A stretch of DNA of 64,000 bases, from NCBI GenBank assembly GCA_964385465.1, contig CAYLPJ010000011.1, positions 185-64,184 on the forward strand, in the 5' to 3' direction. This stretch comes from an uncultured Planctomycetaceae bacterium (GTDB lineage Bacteria > Planctomycetota > Phycisphaerae > SM23-33). Both the position numbers and the translations under genes were made by a program. Below the pieces are notes generated by a model. That model was not told the origin of the DNA. It was given only the letters and a program-made list of their open reading frames with translations, and made no database searches. Within the stretch, counting starts at the first letter, position 1. Every line of letters starts with the position of its first letter. This document shows, in pieces, positions 62,533 to 64,000 of this stretch.

Positions 62533-64000
62533 TCACTCGCCGTTAAGCAGATCCAGCAGGGGTTTGGGGCGGTCGGTGCCTGGGGTGTACGCCGGGCGCT
62601 CGACCCAGGGGGCGACGCTGCGGACACAGGCCATATCCATCCAATGCTGCAGCCGTGCCGGCCCCAGGTCCCAGGTCATGTGGAAGTGGTTCGCCGGGGC
62701 GTACTGCTTGTACTCGGGCATGGTCGCGTACTTCGGCACCACCCACGTGTGGGGCCAGGTCGGCGTGGACGTATTGGCGACGGCCTTGGCGAGCTTGGCG
62801 GGCATTGAGGTGGTGGTCGCCTCGTCCCAGACCATCGCGAAGCGGTCGCTGTCCCCCGCGTAGGCCAGCCGCGCCGCGATGCCGTCGATCCCCCCCGGAG
62901 TCATGAACGTCACGCTGTTGCCGCCGCCGGGGAAGTAGAACTCATCGGCCAGGGGCATGGCCACGCCCTTCATGCAGGCCGCGGCATCGGCTCCGGGTCT
63001 GGCCGACCAGTTGAAACTGGCCGAACCGCTGTTGTCTCCATCGACGAACCCGCGCTTCGCCCAGAGTTCGCGCCCGGTGTGCTTGACCTTGACCTTCCTG
63101 GCGAGGGCCTTGATTTCGGCGGGTTCCCAGACCTTGCGGAAGTCCATGAACAGCGGGGGGTTGCCCCCGCTCAGCCAGGTCATGAACAGCATGGTCAGCA
63201 GGCCCTGGACATCGGCCTCGGTGGCGAACGGCTGGGCGGGCTTGGGGCCGCGGTGATCGAAGGTCGAGTTGAACAGGCTCTCCATGGCGTCGGCAACCGG
63301 CAAGGGCACGCCGCGGGGGTCGCTGCCCCACTCGAGCTGGCTCATGAACCCCCCGCCGACGGCGTTGAGATCCTCCATCAAGTCGCGGACGATCAGGTAC
63401 ATCGCCAGCGAGTCGTCGAACCGCTTGCTGTCGGCCTTGTCGCGAAGCTCCAGCCGCTTGCCCACGTGCTGGTCCACCCAGCCGCGGAGGGCCTGGAGCT
63501 CCTTCTTGTCGTAGGCGCCCTTGGCGAGCATGTCGGCCAGGAGCTTCATGTCCAGCCGCGCGATCTCGACGCCGAAGCTCCGGCGGGTGGCGATGACGTG
63601 GGCCAGGGCCGTCTCCATGCCCATCGAGTCGTGCCCGAGGACCATGACCCGCCGGCCCTTGAGCCCGGCGTAGGTCAGCGCCGCGTAGCACCAGTCCACC
63701 AGGGCCGTCACCGTCGCGCTTGTGGGCTTGGGCTTCTGCCCGGTGTCGGGCCAGGAGCCGACGTTCAGCGCAACCAGCCGCCCGCTCTGGGCGAGAGCCC
63801 CGTTGACGGCGTGGGCGTAGACGACGCCGGGCTTGGGCCCGGAGTTGCCGCAGGTGATGTTGACGGGCATGTCGTCGGGGAAGTGGGCCAGCAGGCTCAT
63901 GAGCGTAAGCTGGGGAAAGGCCCAGGTGTCCGGGGCGCAGATGACGGCGTCGACGCCCTCGTCGCGGAACTGCCGGGCCACGACGTCCGCCTGCCGTTCT
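62533..64000 (-). CDS. L-fucose/L-arabinose isomerase family protein (N-terminus beyond the right edge)
   Basis: The reading frame stays open to the window end; the track's M at 63981 is an internal GTG. The C-terminal 480+ aa are colinear with FucI/AraA-family sugar isomerases as far as I can recognise. Confidence 0.7.
   Translation of the reverse strand, partial: ERQADVVARQFRDEGVDAVICAPDTWAFPQLTLMSLLAHFPDDMPVNITCGNSGPKPGVVYAHAVNGALAQSGRLVALNVGSWPDTGQKPKPTSATVTALVDWCYAALTYAGLKGRRVMVLGHDSMGMETALAHVIATRRSFGVEIARLDMKLLADMLAKGAYDKKELQALRGWVDQHVGKRLELRDKADSKRFDDSLAMYLIVRDLMEDLNAVGGGFMSQLEWGSDPRGVPLPVADAMESLFNSTFDHRGPKPAQPFATEADVQGLLTMLFMTWLSGGNPPLFMDFRKVWEPAEIKALARKVKVKHTGRELWAKRGFVDGDNSGSASFNWSARPGADAAACMKGVAMPLADEFYFPGGGNSVTFMTPGGIDGIAARLAYAGDSDRFAMVWDEATTTSMPAKLAKAVANTSTPTWPHTWVVPKYATMPEYKQYAPANHFHMTWDLGPARLQHWMDMACVRSVAPWVERPAYTPGTDRPKPLLDLLNGE

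Overview
This is a very GC-rich bacterial chromosomal segment (about 70% G+C by eye, not computed). The gene content looks Planctomycetota-like, which is an inference from several signs: many Gfo/Idh/MocA oxidoreductases (two with twin-arginine signals), tandem DUF1080, ThuA, Asp-box/BNR propellers, and a dockerin domain combined with an N-terminal LEPRLLLS motif.

I call 42 protein-coding genes (two cut by the window edges) and one tRNA-Arg(ACG). Most very long ORFs in the six-frame track are antisense or off-frame shadow ORFs (Arg/Pro/Gly/Ala-rich), and I rejected them.

Gene content from left to right:
- Housekeeping genes: MoxR fragment, beta-helix protein, PyrK-like, PBP4, PFK, PilZ, tRNA-Arg.
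- A sugar symporter, GH5 and a BNR-4 protein.
- A radical-SAM gene divergent from a 1270-aa orphan secreted helical protein with a perfect internal tandem duplication.
- A 1329-aa chimeric exoprotein (arylsulfotransferase-like propeller, two DUF1566 domains, dockerin).
- An ECF sigma module in cnrYXH-like order, joined to a thioredoxin-like/DsbD_2 pair.
- A 10-kb same-strand glycan cluster: GH28, GH74-like, three Gfo/Idh/MocA genes and a heparinase-II/III-like gene.
- TetR followed by an OMF-MFP-RND efflux operon.
- A GH51-like gene and a ThuAB-like oxidative 3-keto-sugar cluster: TAT-Gfo, a ThuA-PmoA-family fusion, a xylose-isomerase-like TIM barrel and DUF1080 x2.
- A GH94-GH94-GH116-MFS operon.
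- A metallophosphoesterase-PHP fusion, trpD, and a truncated fucose/arabinose-isomerase-family gene.

I saw no transposase, integrase, prophage gene, CRISPR array, rRNA or recognisable defence system.

The best candidates for undescribed biology:
- A 41-nt element conserved upstream of both the anti-sigma operon and the giant exoprotein gene that flank the ECF sigma.
- The ECF/LTXXQ/thiol-redox module itself.
- The orphan 1270-aa protein and the chimeric exoprotein.
- The ThuA-PmoA fusion.

All family assignments rest on motifs I recognised by eye, not on database searches.
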